From the human T2T-CHM13v2.0 reference genome, Homo sapiens, in assembly GCF_009914755.1 (NCBI RefSeq), contig NC_060925.1: 64,000 nt of DNA; one strand, given 5' to 3'. Within the stretch, counting starts at the first letter, position 1. Each line of letters starts with the position of its first letter. The notes beneath the pieces were generated by a model. That model made no database searches. It had not been told where the DNA came from and was given only the letters and a program-made list of their open reading frames with translations. Shown one piece after another: positions 29,840 to 57,790 of this stretch. The translations under genes and the position numbers were made by a program.

Positions 29840-31666
29840 GTAAGTATTGTTCTCTCAGAGTGCCTCCTGATTAATACTTGTTTGGGTGCAGACTCATTAT
29901 TGGAGGGAAATGGTGCAAAACTTTTAAAACATTTAAACCCATTGGAATGTGAAATGGAAGGGGCATTGTGATGGTTTGTGGCTTAGTTTAGGAGTCTTTG
30001 ACTTTTATTTTTCTGCTTCTCCTAGACGTTTTTACATTATGTCTATATTTCACAGATAGTGACTGTATAGTTGTGTATGCATAATTATCTATATCCCAGA
30101 ACCTTGGACTCCTTTTTTAAAAATACCATTGCTGAGTGATGAAGTCTGTAAGTGATCTAGGTTTCTAGTCTGTTAATATCACCATATGCAGTTAATGTAC
30201 TGTGGAGACGATGTTGCTTTCCTGTGGTTTGTCAGAATCGGTAATAATGAATGAGGTGTTTTTACAATAAAGTAGTGTATAGATTTTCCCCTCATTTAAT
30301 TTTTTTCAATATTAGTTTCTATTAAGGCATTTAAAAAATTGCTTTAGTCTTAGAAGCTAAGGATGTTCTTTATGTTTTATATAATTTGCTGGAAAAATAT
30401 CTATATATAAAGGAACACTTATTTCTGTGGAGTTTATACATATATATTTAGAAGATTTATTTCATTCTTTCAGAATTTGTTTCTTCCCAGCTCAGAATTA
30501 TTTATATATGTAAGCTTACATTATTTTAAATACCACGGATTTGTACTGTCCACTGCACCCATATTCACCGTAAGATTTGAAAGAATTCATCTTAAGAGGA
30601 ATCCAATTATGGTATTAACTATGAGAAGGCTTTAAAAGCCATGATTAGATTCATCTTAAGATGAATTACTTTAGTCTAAAATTTTTGTTTAGTCTTAAAA
30701 TTTTGAAGAAAAAGGGTCTCTACCATTCATTCATTGTCTAAACAAATATTTATTAGTTCTTAGTATATTCCAGATATAATGCTTATGAATTTTGAGTGAA
30801 GATGGTCCATGTCAAGTAGCTTTAGTTGACTATAATTTTAGCCTTGTCCTTAACTATTTGCAAAATTATATTTATTTGATATAGTATTGATCTATTATAG
30901 TGAGAGGAACATAGGATTTGAAATATGATCAACCTGGGTTTATAGCATAACCCGGGGGAAGTTAAAGGTGAAGAAACTGAATAAATGAAATGAGAGGAAA
31001 TAAATTCCACGTCATAAAATGGTTGTGAAGATTGGTTGAGTTAATATATTAAACTAATAGCTTATGGTTCAGAATAGGCAGTAATTCTCTTGTGTCCTCA
31101 TTATATGAAAAGCTTATGCAGATTGATAAGACTCATCTATCTTTTTTTTAAATATCTGATTTATTTTTATCACTTCTAAGTTTAGAAAGTTACTCTCTCC
31201 CAACCCACTAGGAAGATTCACAGCACTGCATGGCTTTAAGACTATGAATTGGTAACTTTGTAGAAGAGCAGTATTTAGCAATGTGCTTGAATAAGCCTAA
31301 GGATAATAATTGTCTTTCTAGAAATGTATCCAAAAAAAGTGAGAGATGCAGGCAGTGATTTATATAAATAGTGTTCATTATAGCATTATTTATGTAACAA
31401 AAAAATTAGAATCAACCTGTATAACATTTGGAGAAGTTACATACATTGCTATAGCCACAGGAGGGGACACTATATTTGGAAAAACATTAATGACATATAA
31501 CGTTAAATAAAAACAAACATAAGATTAAAAAAATATGTGAAGTATAATTCTAAATTTATTTAATTATATACTGATTAATGATGAATAGAGGTGATATTTA
31601 CCTGATGGGTTTATCAGTTATTTTAATTTTCTTTATATTTTCTGTATTTTCCAGATTTTTAATTAC

Positions 31667-32260
<594 letters not shown>

Positions 32261-32594
32261 TAATAAAGTTATATATTTTTTATAATAAGGTAAAAATAAT
32301 TAAAGGCAATAAATAGTTATCTGCCACTCCCCCAATCAGACATTTGTTCTGTATTTTTATATTTTTCATTGTATTTTTATTGATTCATTTGTTTGCCAAG
32401 TATTTGTACCAGACACTGTTCCAAGTGTTGGCCCTGTAACAGTGAATAAGAAAGATAAACCCTACTGTTGAGGAGGTTAAATTCTATTAGATATTAAACA
32501 TCTTAATAACTATGATTTATATAGAATTTATTTATTCTGTATGTGAGTGAGGTCATTGATGTTGAGGTGCCATTTAAGCTGAATCTTTTTAAAT

Positions 32595-32901
32595 TTTTTT
32601 TTATTTTTTTGAGATGGAGTTTTGCTCTTGTTGCCCAGGCTGGAGTGCAATGGCGTGATCTCAGCTCACTGCAATCTCCGCCTCCCGGCCTCAAGTGTGC
32701 GATTCTCCTGCCTCAGCCTCCTGAGTAGCTGGGATTACAGGCATGTGCCACCATGCCCGGCTAATTTTTTAAGATATTTTTAGTAGAGATGGGGTTTCAC
32801 CATGTTGGTCAGGCTGGTCTCGATCTCCTGACCTCAGGTGATCTGCCTGCCTCGGCTTCCCAGAGTGCTGGGATTACAGGTGTGAGCCACCGCGCCTTGC
32901 C
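32595..32901 (-). mobile_element. Alu (S-type)
   Basis: Antisense Alu; TSD-like aagctgaatctt / aagctgcatctt. Confidence 0.9.
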
Positions 32902-33894
32902 AAGCTGCATCTTAAGTAATAAATACATGGTACTTTTAAGCATTCACTATTGCCATACACTGGGCTAAATACTTTATATACATTTTCATTTACTCCTCAT
33001 GATTAAAAACTTCACCCAAGGATACATACCTAGTAAGTGGGAAAACAAGGATACATAACCAGACTGGTCTGTTTCCGGAGTCTTTATTTTGTTCACTTTA
33101 TTTTGTTCACATGTACAGGTGCTCAAAAGTATTTATTGAATAACTAAAGATTTCATGAATAGTCTTACAGTTGATTTTTCTGCTCCATATATCTTAGAAA
33201 AAGTGGTATTACTGATAATCTTGAGTTTGATACTGTTACAGCAGTGCACTGTTACTTTTAAGCCTCCTTTTATCTGCTGAATTGAATTGTTTAAAGTTAA
33301 CTAATGATTTTGAGTTACACATTTTGCATTATTCATGGCATTTACCCTCTGAATTTAAGGGAAATTGACTACTGTGATATATGTCTGTCTGGCTCACTGG
33401 TCATCTGATCAAGAAATTTAATCACATCTTCCTCACACTCATGTCCTGACATAGTTGAGCTCTGTCTAGATTTCACTAATATGAACTCCTAAAGAGTTTG
33501 TCTTTGCATATCCATCTGCTTAGCATGGCACAAATTAAACCGTATATAAGTATTTATTGCATGAACGAATGAGTTTTCTAATTTGAAGGATTAGAGGACT
33601 AAGTAATATAGGCCAGAAGTTGAGAGAAAAATGATTATAAACTGGGAATAAGGTTGAGATGAATTGGCTGGTATGTCTTAAATTTTAATGTATAAGAGAC
33701 AGGCCAAGACCTTAAATTATGATCTGGGTCCAGGCTTCAAAGATTCTTACCCAGAAATATATTTGGGGTATGGTCCTGCATTCTGTGTTATTAATAAGTC
33801 TAGGGAGTTCTCAGGTAGGTAGTTTATGGACTTGTGGGAAACATTATCTTTGGTCCAATTTCTACACATTGCATTATTATTATTATTTTATTCT

Positions 33895-34192
33895 TAATTT
33901 TTTTAGAGACAAGGTCTCACCCTGTCACCCAGGCTGGAGTGCAGTGGCACGATCATAGCTCACTGTAGGCTTGAACTCCTGAGCTCAAGTGGTCCTCCCT
34001 CCTCGGCCTCCTGAGTAGCTGGGACTATATGACTACAGGAGTGTGCCACCGAGCCTGGATAATTTTCTTGTTTTTTTTGTAGAGGCAGAGTCTCGCCATG
34101 TTGCCCAGGCTGATCTTGGAATCCTGACTTTAAGCAATCCCGCTGCCTCAGCCTCTCAAAATGTTGGGATCACAGGCACCACCCACCTGGCC
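33895..34192 (-). mobile_element. Alu (J-type)
   Basis: Antisense diverged Alu. Confidence 0.85.
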
Positions 34193-34719
34193 TGCATTAA
34201 TTTTATAAAAACTGAATTTTTGCTACATGTTTTGAGGCGTAGAGAATGCCAGAGGGTACCCTGTCAGCAGCTGATTAACATTTGTTAGGAATTACTTCTT
34301 GTGTTACCTTCCTAGGGCCCATATTTCTTTCTCCTGTATACCTCTAATTGCATTGCTTTAGAGATTAAGGAAGAGCACACACAGGAAACTAGTTTAGCTG
34401 CGGTAGAACAGTTGCTTATTAGTTCACAGACTTCTTAAGCTGAGAAAATGTTAAGTTACTTATAATCTGTAAGTGACTGAATTGATATTAGGATTCGTGG
34501 TTTTTGGTTTCTAGTCTGACATTTTAGCCTTCTGATCACATTTCTTTCCTTTGAGTTTACTAATAGCCATATCCTAGACCATTTTAATAGCGAACTAACC
34601 ACATTAAATCCACAACTGTATGCTATGTAAATTCTAGATTCAGAGTTTTAAAAAAATTATTTTCTTGTCTTTTTATGTAAAAAGTTTTCTTTCTTTTATA
34701 TGTACATAAATATATATGA

Positions 34720-35056
<337 letters not shown>

Positions 35057-35064
35057 GAGATATA

Positions 35065-35340
35065 TTTTTTAATAGAGTTTTTGAGAGTAGTTTTAGTTTC
35101 ACGGGAAAATTGCACAAAAGACATCAAGATTTCCCACATACTTCCTGCCCCCACACAAGCATAGCTTCCCCATTATCAGTATCCTTCACTGGAGTGGTAC
35201 CTTTGTTATAGTTGATGAACCTCCATTTGACATCATTATCACTCTGAGTACATAGTTTACATTAGGTTCACTCTTGGTGTTGTACACTCTGTGGATTTGG
35301 ACAAATGTATAATGACGTGTGTCCACCATCATAGTATCAT
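35065..35340 (-). mobile_element. Old L1M 3' fragment
   Basis: L1M 3'UTR-like text (catagtttacattaggttcactcttggtgttgtaca). Confidence 0.65.
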
Positions 35341-35457
35341 ACCTTAACTACCTTAAATCTCTTAGATATTTTTGTTTTGTAAATACAGCCTAGATTATTT
35401 CTGTGTCACCCACATTTCTAGTGTACTTACTGACTGTTGCCTTTACTAAATTTGCAG

Positions 35458-35551
35458 ATGGATTGAGTGATGAGAACAATGATGATCGAGTACTAAAATG
35501 CTGTCTCCAGCACCAGGAATTATTCCCTTGTTCTTTTGTTATTCTGTGCAC
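35458..35551 (+). CDS. SWT1: SWT1 exon 10 (PIN domain, NNDD motif)
   Basis: ttgcag|AT...CAC|gtgagt; [31 protein letters not shown](T); 94 nt, phase 1-2. Confidence 0.95.
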
Positions 35552-37530
35552 GTGAGTTTCATAGTCATTTGACTTTTTATTTTTAAAAAATAAACCAAAT
35601 AATTTAAAAAAATCATATGGTATCCAGCATACCAAGGATCAAAAACATACATAATTTTCCAAATCTGCCAGTAAGCATACCCACTTGTATCTGACAGTCT
35701 TATAATGTGTGAGCACTAGAGGAATGAGATCTCAACTAGATGAAGTTTCATTTCAGTTTAATTTTTATACGATTCAGAAAACTTGAAAAAGCAGGGGAAA
35801 AGGCAACTTAATATCCCTCCAAAATTGTTTAAAAATCAGAATCTGACAGGATGAGACAAGAAATTTATTTACTTACATATTGGTGAGGTGGAGATAAGGT
35901 AGTTTATGTTGGAGTTGTGTGCTGGGTGCCTATTACAGAGTTAGACTGCCTGGCTTGGAGTCCTGATCTATCATTTATCAGCATTGTGACCCTGGACAAG
36001 TTGCTTAACTTAGTTTCCTCATGTCAAATAAACAGGAATAATAATATCACCTGCCTCATGAGATTATTGTATTTAATCTGTTAATATATGTAAATGACTT
36101 AGAATAGTGCCTAATATATAGTAAGATCTCAGTAAGTTTTCTCCCTCCTTCTCCCTTCCCCCTGCTTCTTCCCTCCCTACTAATATTTCCATAACTTAGT
36201 TCAAAGATAAAACTAAGATAATGCTAAACAAAATTTTATTCATCATGTATGAGAAAAGGTTCTGAAGGGACAGAAGAGCAATTTTAATTTGCAGTTTTTT
36301 TTTAATCAGTCTACATCATGCTTTGAAACTTGCAGTTTTAATCTGTATTTTATTCACTGCAAAATGGAGTTTTTATAGTTTCATGATCATGCTCAAATTC
36401 TTTCTGTGAAATGGAGCTACTATAGAAATCGTTAGCCCTAACATGTTTCTTGGAAACATTCTAGTCAGTGTTATTATTTTAGCTATCTTCAAAGATAATG
36501 TGATTCCTTTTGCTATTAAAGGAAATATTGGAGCTTTCTATCTATGAGTTTTAAATTATATTTTGATCTAGGACATATTACTTTGGAGTTTGTTGAAGGC
36601 TGAAATAGAATTAATAATATATAAATCATTTTGAATTTGAGATAAATTCGAGAAGTAATTCTTTGTTATGTAATTATTTTTTTAGTTCAGCTTAGAATGA
36701 AAATTAAATTGACAAAACTTTATCAATTCTCCATTATTTGTACATTCACTGCTTTTTTTGGGATTAACAGATATACTATTTTTTAGCGACTGAAAATTTA
36801 TAGCCAAACCTTACTTTTAATTCTGACATAGTCGTGTTCCAAGTGGTGAGCCTGTTTTTCTCTCTCTCTTTTTTTGGTTGGTTTGTATGCATTTTCTTTA
36901 AATAGTGATAATCCTGTGTATTGTATAAGTCATACCTACTATTGTGAGGACATATTTATATTACTTAAAATGGATGATGATAATGTCAATTGATAGTGAT
37001 AGTAATCAGAAAAACTTTTATAACACTTATATACTATGCATCATTCTAAGTGCTTACATTTACAATCATATGTCTGCACCAGCAATACAATTAATATCTC
37101 CAATCCATATTGCTTTTCTAAACTCCAGGCTAATATATTCAACTATTTATTTGATATCTCTTGGATGTTTCATAGACATCTGAAACCTATCATCTCCATA
37201 AATGAACTCTTGAGTTTTTCTTCTCAACTCTTCTACACCTGAATAAAAAGGGTCACCTCCTACCCATTTGCTAAAGCCAGAAACCAGGGAGTAAATTTTG
37301 ATACCTGCCTTTTCTTCATGATCTATATACAGTGAATTAGCCAGTCCTGTGTGGTCTTCTTTAATTTTATTTTTTAGAAACAGGGTCTGGCTATGTTGCC
37401 CAGGCTGGTCTCAAACTCCTGGGCTCAAGTGATCCTCCTTCCTCAGCCCCTGAGTAGCTGAGGAAATGCACAAATCTAAACTATACAATGTTGACAAATG
37501 GGTGCACTGGTGTAGCTCACATCCTGTTAA

Positions 37531-37856
<326 letters not shown>

Positions 37857-37879
37857 CAGAAAGTACTCTCTTGCCTTTT

Positions 37880-39800
<1,921 letters not shown>

Positions 39801-39906
39801 TTTGACTCTTGGCAGTATGTTGTTTTTCTCTGGGCATACTTTATATGCAGATTTTGGGGCTCACTTGCTCTGTGGTTTCTTTTCTTCAGTTTCTCCTTTA
39901 ACTTTC

Positions 39907-46637
<6,731 letters not shown>

Positions 46638-47562
46638 TCTCCCTTAACTTTCCAGCTGCCCTGGTCAACCTTGAACATGGTTCTTTGACATTTCAAGCCA
46701 CTAATACTTGTCACACTTGATGAATTGGGAAATGCCCTCAGGTAAAAAGAGACTTGTAGTTCTCGCTATGCATTTTCTGTGTCTTCAGGGTAGACTCCCA
46801 CTCCAGCTTCTGCCTACATTCTGTTGCTTTCTAGTGCCTTCAAATAGTTAATATATTTTTTTTTTGGTTTAGATTTTATAATTCTCATTCGTAGTAGGGT
46901 TAGTGTGACCAAACTACTATGCCATTAACAGAAGCTGGAAGCCTACTGGCCTCCAGAACAATTTAATAAACACAGATACGATCATGTCATTTTCCCACTG
47001 AAGCCCTTAAGTTTCCTGTTTTTTAATGCCCTTGTCGTTCTCTATAACCTCATAAACTGGTCTCATGCACTATGTTCTAATCATATTGGCTTCTTTCAGC
47101 AAACAGCAAGTTTGTGCTATTTGTCTTATGCTTAATCTGAGTAAATTTGTACTTGTCTGCCTACTGTGAATTATTTCTCATACATAGCTCTCTGTTTATT
47201 TCTCTTTGGATAATCACATTCCTGTATTCAAATCCAGCTCCCACTTACTGGGTGTAACTTTGGACAAGTTACTTAACTTTACACCTCAATTCCCCATCTG
47301 TGAAATGGGGGTAAAGTTAATACTACTCCTACCTCAGAAGTTTGTTGTGAGGATTAAATAGATTTATATATATATATATAAAGCACTTTAGAATGGTGCC
47401 TAGTACCCAAAGCTCATATTTTTTTAAAAAAGTTGTTATTCTTTCTTAAGGTATAGGCTGAGAATCACCTGCCTCTGACTAGATCTCATGTGTTTTGATT
47501 TGCCATGTGGTTTACCTTATAAAAAATATTTTTTCCTCCTAATCCCAACCTCCCAACCTTAG

Positions 47563-47708
47563 GGATGATAGAAACTTAAGAAACAAAGGCCTAATAAGTG
47601 GTGTGAAGTCACTCAGTAAAGAAGAATTGAGTGCAGAGTTATTACACTTATCTCTGAACACAGATGTGTGTCATCAGCCTTGTATTCCTAAGCAACAGTT
47701 GAAAGCAG
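47563..47708 (+). CDS. SWT1: SWT1 exon 11 (end of PIN domain, TDDRNL motif)
   Basis: ccttag|GGAT...GCAG|gtagta; [27 protein letters not shown]...QQLKA; 146 nt, phase 2-1. Confidence 0.94.
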
Positions 47709-48250
47709 GTAGTATTTTTACTATAAATAATTAGAGATATATCTTATTTTATACACTAAGATTATTTATAACATTAGAATCGATAGTAAATTTTTATTTT
47801 GTACATTTAAAATAACATCGTTTGGAATACTTGCTGGCATGTAAGTCATTGAATAAATGGAAGTTATGATGGTAATCCAAAAGAAAACATAATTAACATT
47901 ATTACCTTCTATATGTACTTTTACAAATTAATTTGATGTTTTTGTCTGCACGCTTACATACATTTTTACATTATAATCACTGTGTACATGCTAATTTGTA
48001 CCTTGCAGAGTGTACCTGTATTTTTCACCTTCATTTTCTTCAAGTGAAACAGAGTATTCCTTTTAAATTAATAGCAGTTATAGGAGATATTTAGTTGACA
48101 TAGAGATAATTTTTTAGTTTCTTTTTTAAGTTGGCTTTCTATTTATAACCTATTAATATGATAAAAACTCAGCTAGCAATAGAGAAACTTGTTGGAATCT
48201 AGTAATAGTTTTCTTTTTAAAAATTTTAAACTAATAATCAAGAAGTAACA

Positions 48251-48641
<391 letters not shown>

Positions 48642-49069
48642 TTATAAGTACATCCCACCTTTCCCCTCTTTGGGGAAAATGATTATTGAAGTCTCTAATA
48701 TATGTGCATTTTATATATAATTGTGAAAATAGTCATATATACATATATACTACTTATTTACCCTTTTTGGAAATAACGTTTTTGTCATAATATTCAAAAT
48801 GGCCTTTGAAGGAATAACAGGATATTCTAGTTTACAGTTTTTCAAGGGTAGTGTGCCTTTAGCTTGTCCACTTTGTAGAGATAAGCCACTTAATATTTTT
48901 AATTTTGCCATAAGAAAATTACAGTTGTTTTCAAGTATCTAAAAAGTAATGTTAATGAAGTGATATCACTTAAAATAATAAAAGCTCCTTTTAAAGGAGG
49001 AGGGCATGAAGATAGTTAAGCTGGAAATTTATTGATGTGGGCTGAGTTTAGAAAAATATTCCGTTTTTG

Positions 49070-49200
49070 CCAGCTACTCGGGGTGCTGAGGCAGGAGAAT
49101 CTCTTGAACTCAGGAGGCAGAGGTTTCAGTGAGCCAAGATCGCGCCACTGCATCCAGCCTGGGCAACAGAGCGAGACTCCGTCTCAAAAGAAAAAAAAAA
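49070..49200 (+). mobile_element. 5'-truncated Alu (right arm) with 20-nt TSD
   Basis: TSD agaaaaatattccgtttttg / agaaaaatattccatttttg. Confidence 0.9.
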
Positions 49201-49608
49201 AGAAAAATATTCCATTTTTGGAAAAAAACCCATTTTGATCCATAGTTCTTGGTTTTTTGTTGTGAATAAATCCAAGGCATTCTTGTAACTCTCTTTGGAA
49301 AATAATAAAATTAAATTGTAGTTGAAATATCGCATACATTTCTTACATTTTTATTTGAGTAAAAATATTATTTAATTGCCTGTTAAAAAGATAAAACATT
49401 TGTTAAAGTAATATATTTATGTTGCATCTAAAGCAACTATAATAGAGATACATGTTTCTAAATTGTTTTGAAAATAAAATATTTGTTTGTTTTATATATA
49501 ATTAAAATATATACATAAAATGTTTACTGTTTATGGCAATATACTAATTATATGTATAATAATTACTGTTAGCATTCTAAATAAAGTCTGTAACTATTTG
49601 TTTTAAAG

Positions 49609-49772
49609 AAACAACACCCTTGAAAGAGAGCTATAAGGAGGAATCTACAAATTCTGGACTGTCCATTCTGCTTGAGAGCATTGTATCTGATCTTGAAAAA
49701 TCTCTTGGAACAGGTTTATCTTCAATATTAGAAACAGAAATGAAAATTGCTTTTGGAAACCTTTGGATGGAG
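49609..49772 (+). CDS. SWT1: SWT1 exon 12
   Basis: ttaaag|AA...GAG|gtgatt; (E)[54 protein letters not shown]; 164 nt, phase 1-0. Confidence 0.9.
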
Positions 49773-50273
49773 GTGATTAGTTGAACTCTATTAGTTGAAA
49801 ATTTCTTTTTTATTGCTGAAGATTTGTTATCTTAAGAAATATTACTTGTATAAAATGCATACGCTTCATTGAATAATCTGTATCATGTTACATTTTTCTT
49901 CAAGTTTTTGAAATAGTTTTTTGACAGTTAAATGATGGACATTTCTTAATGGTTAGGAATATATGTTATTCTTTTTTTTGAGCTAACAGATATTTATTTT
50001 GCATCTGCTGTGTGTCAGATGCACTGTCCCATGGTGCTTAAATTGAATGAAAAAAAACTTGTCTATTTAATTTGAGTCAAAATGTCTAATATAAGGAATC
50101 TCTCTAGCAATATGTATTCAGAAAAAGAAGTATGTATTTTTGCTTGTGCCATGTAAATGTAAGAATCAGAGTATAAGTTGATTGTATTAGTAAGATATTT
50201 TGAAATTTCTTTGGATTCACACCTTTTTGACAATCAGTAAAACTCTAATAATAATGGTTTCAAAAGTTCAGTG

Positions 50274-50562
<289 letters not shown>

Positions 50563-50879
50563 CATTTATAGCTAGGAGAAACATGATTTTGCATCAATCA
50601 TAGCTTGTATCTATTCCAGCTGTTCTGTGAGATTCTAATATTTGCCAGAACGGTGCATTTGCTACTTGATTATATTGACAAAGTTGAACCAAAATGATGA
50701 CGAATCATCAGAAGATACTAGGAGTGTTGATATCTCATAGTAGAGATAAGGAAAGTAATTGTATATATGTGAGTGATTCAGAAAAGGAAGTGCTGACATC
50801 TTATAGAATTAAATGATCAATGTTTTTAATAGGCATGTCTTTGCAAGAGTGTAACAAGTGACAGTTGTCACTGACATCT

Positions 50880-51156
<277 letters not shown>

Positions 51157-51533
51157 AACATCTTTTTTCTATACTGATTTTCACCCAGTTACATGAAATA
51201 ATTAGATTAATTTTCTTATAGCGATGACTGCGTTGACAAGTAGATTGAAGGACCTTAGCTGATAAAACTATGTTTCCTCTGATTAGATGTATGTTTTTCT
51301 TTTTTGCACAGTTTCTGAAACTATTAAGATTAATACTAACATGAGTTTTACAAAAGCAATTTGCAATGGAATTAGCATTTTAATGTTATGATTGACTTTA
51401 CATCTTTTAATTTAAAAAGAATCCAACTAATTATATTTTGCTCAAAATATATGTAGGAATTCCTAAATAGGTACTTTTTAATAATTGGAATAATAAATCT
51501 AGAGATGTTAATTTTTTTCTACATACTCTTTAG

Positions 51534-51672
51534 ATCCTGTACCTGAAACCACCATGGACTCTACTACATTTACTACAGTGCTTTAAAAAACATTGGTTGG
51601 CTGTATTTGGATTAGTTATGGAAAAGAACTTGCTTTTAACTATTGAGAGCCTATACAAAAATCTCCGTAAAG
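51534..51672 (+). CDS. SWT1: SWT1 exon 13
   Basis: ctttag|ATC...AAAG|gtatga; [46 protein letters not shown]; 139 nt, phase 0-1. Confidence 0.94.
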
Positions 51673-51808
51673 GTATGAATCTTTTATTTTTCTCTTTAGC
51701 AGTGTTGTATTAAGTCAGACTAGCAGATATATTTCCTGGGATGTGAAGATAAATTAATGAAGAATTTGTTAATTAGTTCTTAATCATTTATACTTCTAAT
51801 TTATAAAG

Positions 51809-51894
51809 GTATTTGTGGAAACTGGATGAACAGATGCAGCTCATAGAGCTATGTATTTGTGGAAACTGGATGAATAGATGCAGCTCATAGAGCT
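51809..51894 (+). repeat. 44-bp-period tandem duplication
   Basis: gtatttgtggaaactggatgaa(c/t)agatgcagctcatagagct x2, 1 mismatch. Confidence 0.95.
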
Positions 51895-52497
51895 TGTGAC
51901 TGTAAATGGTATTGTTGATATTTCAAAATATTGTGAATATATAATTTTTGATGATGTCTACTTTGAAAACTTTTAAAACCATGTTTTACATTCTGTTCAG
52001 ATACACCAATAGAATTAATTAGACTTTTTTCGTTTCTTACAGTGTTTAACACAAACTTTGAGCACATTTCATGTACTAATTTTCAGAATAGTGTGTCAAG
52101 GTTTCTATTTAAACTATATAGATAAGGAACAGGAAACCTTTGGCTTTGGTGTATAGTGAATTTTAGAACTGGAAGAGACCACAGTGAACAACTTAGTTGT
52201 TTTTTAAACTATATTGAACAGAACTTTTGGCTTCTTGAAGTGCCTCTGCTGCCACAGATGGATGATGGAAAGATTGAAGGGGGAGCCCAGTAGGTGGTGC
52301 CTTTGGCCCTCAACCCCAACTTTAGCCAGAGCAGCTTTTAAAAATTTCTTTATGGAGATTCTATATAGGACTTGGAAAAAAGTTTATCTGCTGTGAGGAA
52401 AAAAATGTGAGAAAAACTGATCTAATGTTATTAAAGCCTATATTTTATGATCAAGTAAACTAGTCTTGAAACAGTAAGTGACTTGTTCAAATAACTA

Positions 52498-52847
<350 letters not shown>

Positions 52848-53221
52848 TTATTATTAAAGGTTCAGTTGGTACTTTGCTTTTTTCAAACTCCTCACATGAA
52901 GTGATGTGTTTATTATTTCATATATTAATTATATCCAGCGTACTTCTGAAGCATAACTCTGATGGCTTCTAACAACCTGAGTACAAGAGGGCCGTTAAAT
53001 AATTAAATTATTAAAGGCACCAAGGCCAGATAATGAAGAATAGGAGATGATTAATCATGAATCATATGCAAATCATTATTGCAGCACTTGAGCCCAGATT
53101 CTAACCTTAAAATCTTCATAGAAGCTAGGAAAAAAAGGAAAAAAATTGCATATTCTATGATAGGTGTACCTTATTCTCTGTCTTTTCCTTGAAGTGTAAA
53201 CTCTTTGAAAATGAGTTGTTC

Positions 53222-53575
53222 TCAGAGGAGTAAAGGGTAGAATAGTGATTACCAGAGGATGGGGAAGGTGCAGTGGTAGGGGATGATAAGAGATTGAGCA
53301 ATATAAAAAGCTACAGTTAGATAGGAGGAATAAGTTCTGGTGTTCTGCTGCATTGTAGGATGACTAGAATTAACAGTTACGTATTGTGTATTTCAAAATA
53401 GCTGTAAGAGAATATTCCTATCACAAAGAAATGATAAATGCTTAAGGTCATAGATATGCTAATTACCCTGATTTAATTGTTACACAATTTATACATATGT
53501 CAAAACATCACATTGTACTCCATAAATATGTACAATTATTATGTGTCAACCATAAATAAAGTAAGTCGATAAATA
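53222..53575 (+). mobile_element. L1MA-type 3' end fragment
   Basis: gtagaatagtgattaccagagg...tacagttagataggaggaataagttctgg...aaacatcacattgtac. Confidence 0.75.
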
Positions 53576-53643
53576 AATATTTCCCCTAGGGGATTTAAAG
53601 CACCTAGTCATTTCCTTATGTCTCATCCATGTTAGATGTTCGA

Positions 53644-56328
<2,685 letters not shown>

Positions 56329-56459
56329 ATAAGTTACCAATTTTTTAAGGAACGGCACTTTCCTGTCATTGCCTTCAGTTGTAGAAGTTGTTTATTAGGG
56401 ATATGATTATATGAAGGACATGGAGCAACATATTGGACATCTCTCCAAAGCGGTTTTAT

Positions 56460-57137
56460 AAACAACAGGTGCTGGAGAGGATGTGGAGAAATAGGAACAC
56501 TTTTACACTGTTGGTGGGACTGTAAACTAGTTCAACCATTGTGGAAGTCAGTGTGACGATTCCTCAGGGTTCTAGAACTAGAAATACCATTTGACTCAGC
56601 CATCCCATTACTGGGTATATAACCAAAGGACTATAAATCATGCTGCTATAAAGACACATGCACACATATGTTTATTGTGGCACTATTCACAATAGCAAAG
56701 ACTTGGAACCAACCCAAATGTCCAACAATGATAGACTGGATTAAGAAAATGTGGCACATATACACCATGGAATACTATGCAGCCATAAAAAATGATGAGT
56801 TCATGTCCTTTGTAGGGACATGGATGAAACTGGAAACCATCATTCTCAGCAAACTATCGCAAGGACAAAAAACCAAACACTACATGTTCTCACTCATAGG
56901 TGGGAATTGAACAATGAGAACACGTGGACACAGGAAGGGGAACATCACACTCCAGGGACTGTTGTGGGGTGGGGGGAGTGGGGAGGGACAGCATTAGGAG
57001 ATATACCTAATGTTAAATGATGAGTTAGTGGGTGCAGCACACCAACATGGCACATATATACATATGTAACAAACCTGCACATTGTGCACATGTACCCTAA
57101 AACTGAAAGTGTAATAATAATAAAATAAAAAAAATAA
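56460..57137 (+). mobile_element. 5'-truncated younger L1PA (PA3/PA4-like) 3' end
   Basis: ORF2 C-terminus MFIVALFTIAKTWNQPKCP...SLIGGN, G-rich 3'UTR and A-rich tail. Confidence 0.9.
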
Positions 57138-57497
57138 AGCATGTAGAATCTCTTTTCATATCTTTTACCTGGGTCATAATTTAGTTGATCTTTTAAAAGA
57201 GAAAGTCCGTAAACTATGTGTGATCTCAAAGTTAGTGTAAAAAATGAGGTGTCTAGTTGCCATCTTCCATCTGTTTTTCCTGGCAGGGGGGTCTGCTCTT
57301 AGACGCAGCTGAGAGGTGGTAGGTGGCAGCTCTAACTGCCATTAAGGAGAGAAGTGAAGATGTGATGACTGTATCTTCTGCTGAAAAATCAGTTTTGTGA
57401 TCATTATAGTTTATTGGTCTTTGATCTCGAAGAATCTGATGCCTAACGTTTAATGAGTTATGAAGAATATGTCATGGGATTATAAAAGTACCTCTTG

Positions 57498-57790
<293 letters not shown>

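Noticed and set aside
50690-50800. ATGATGA...CTGA as a C/D box snoRNA
   Set aside because: No convincing terminal stem or recognisable guide; such motif pairs occur often by chance in AT-rich introns.
51221-51285. GCGATGA...CTGA as a C/D box snoRNA
   Set aside because: Imperfect C box, no closing stem, no recognised rRNA complementarity.
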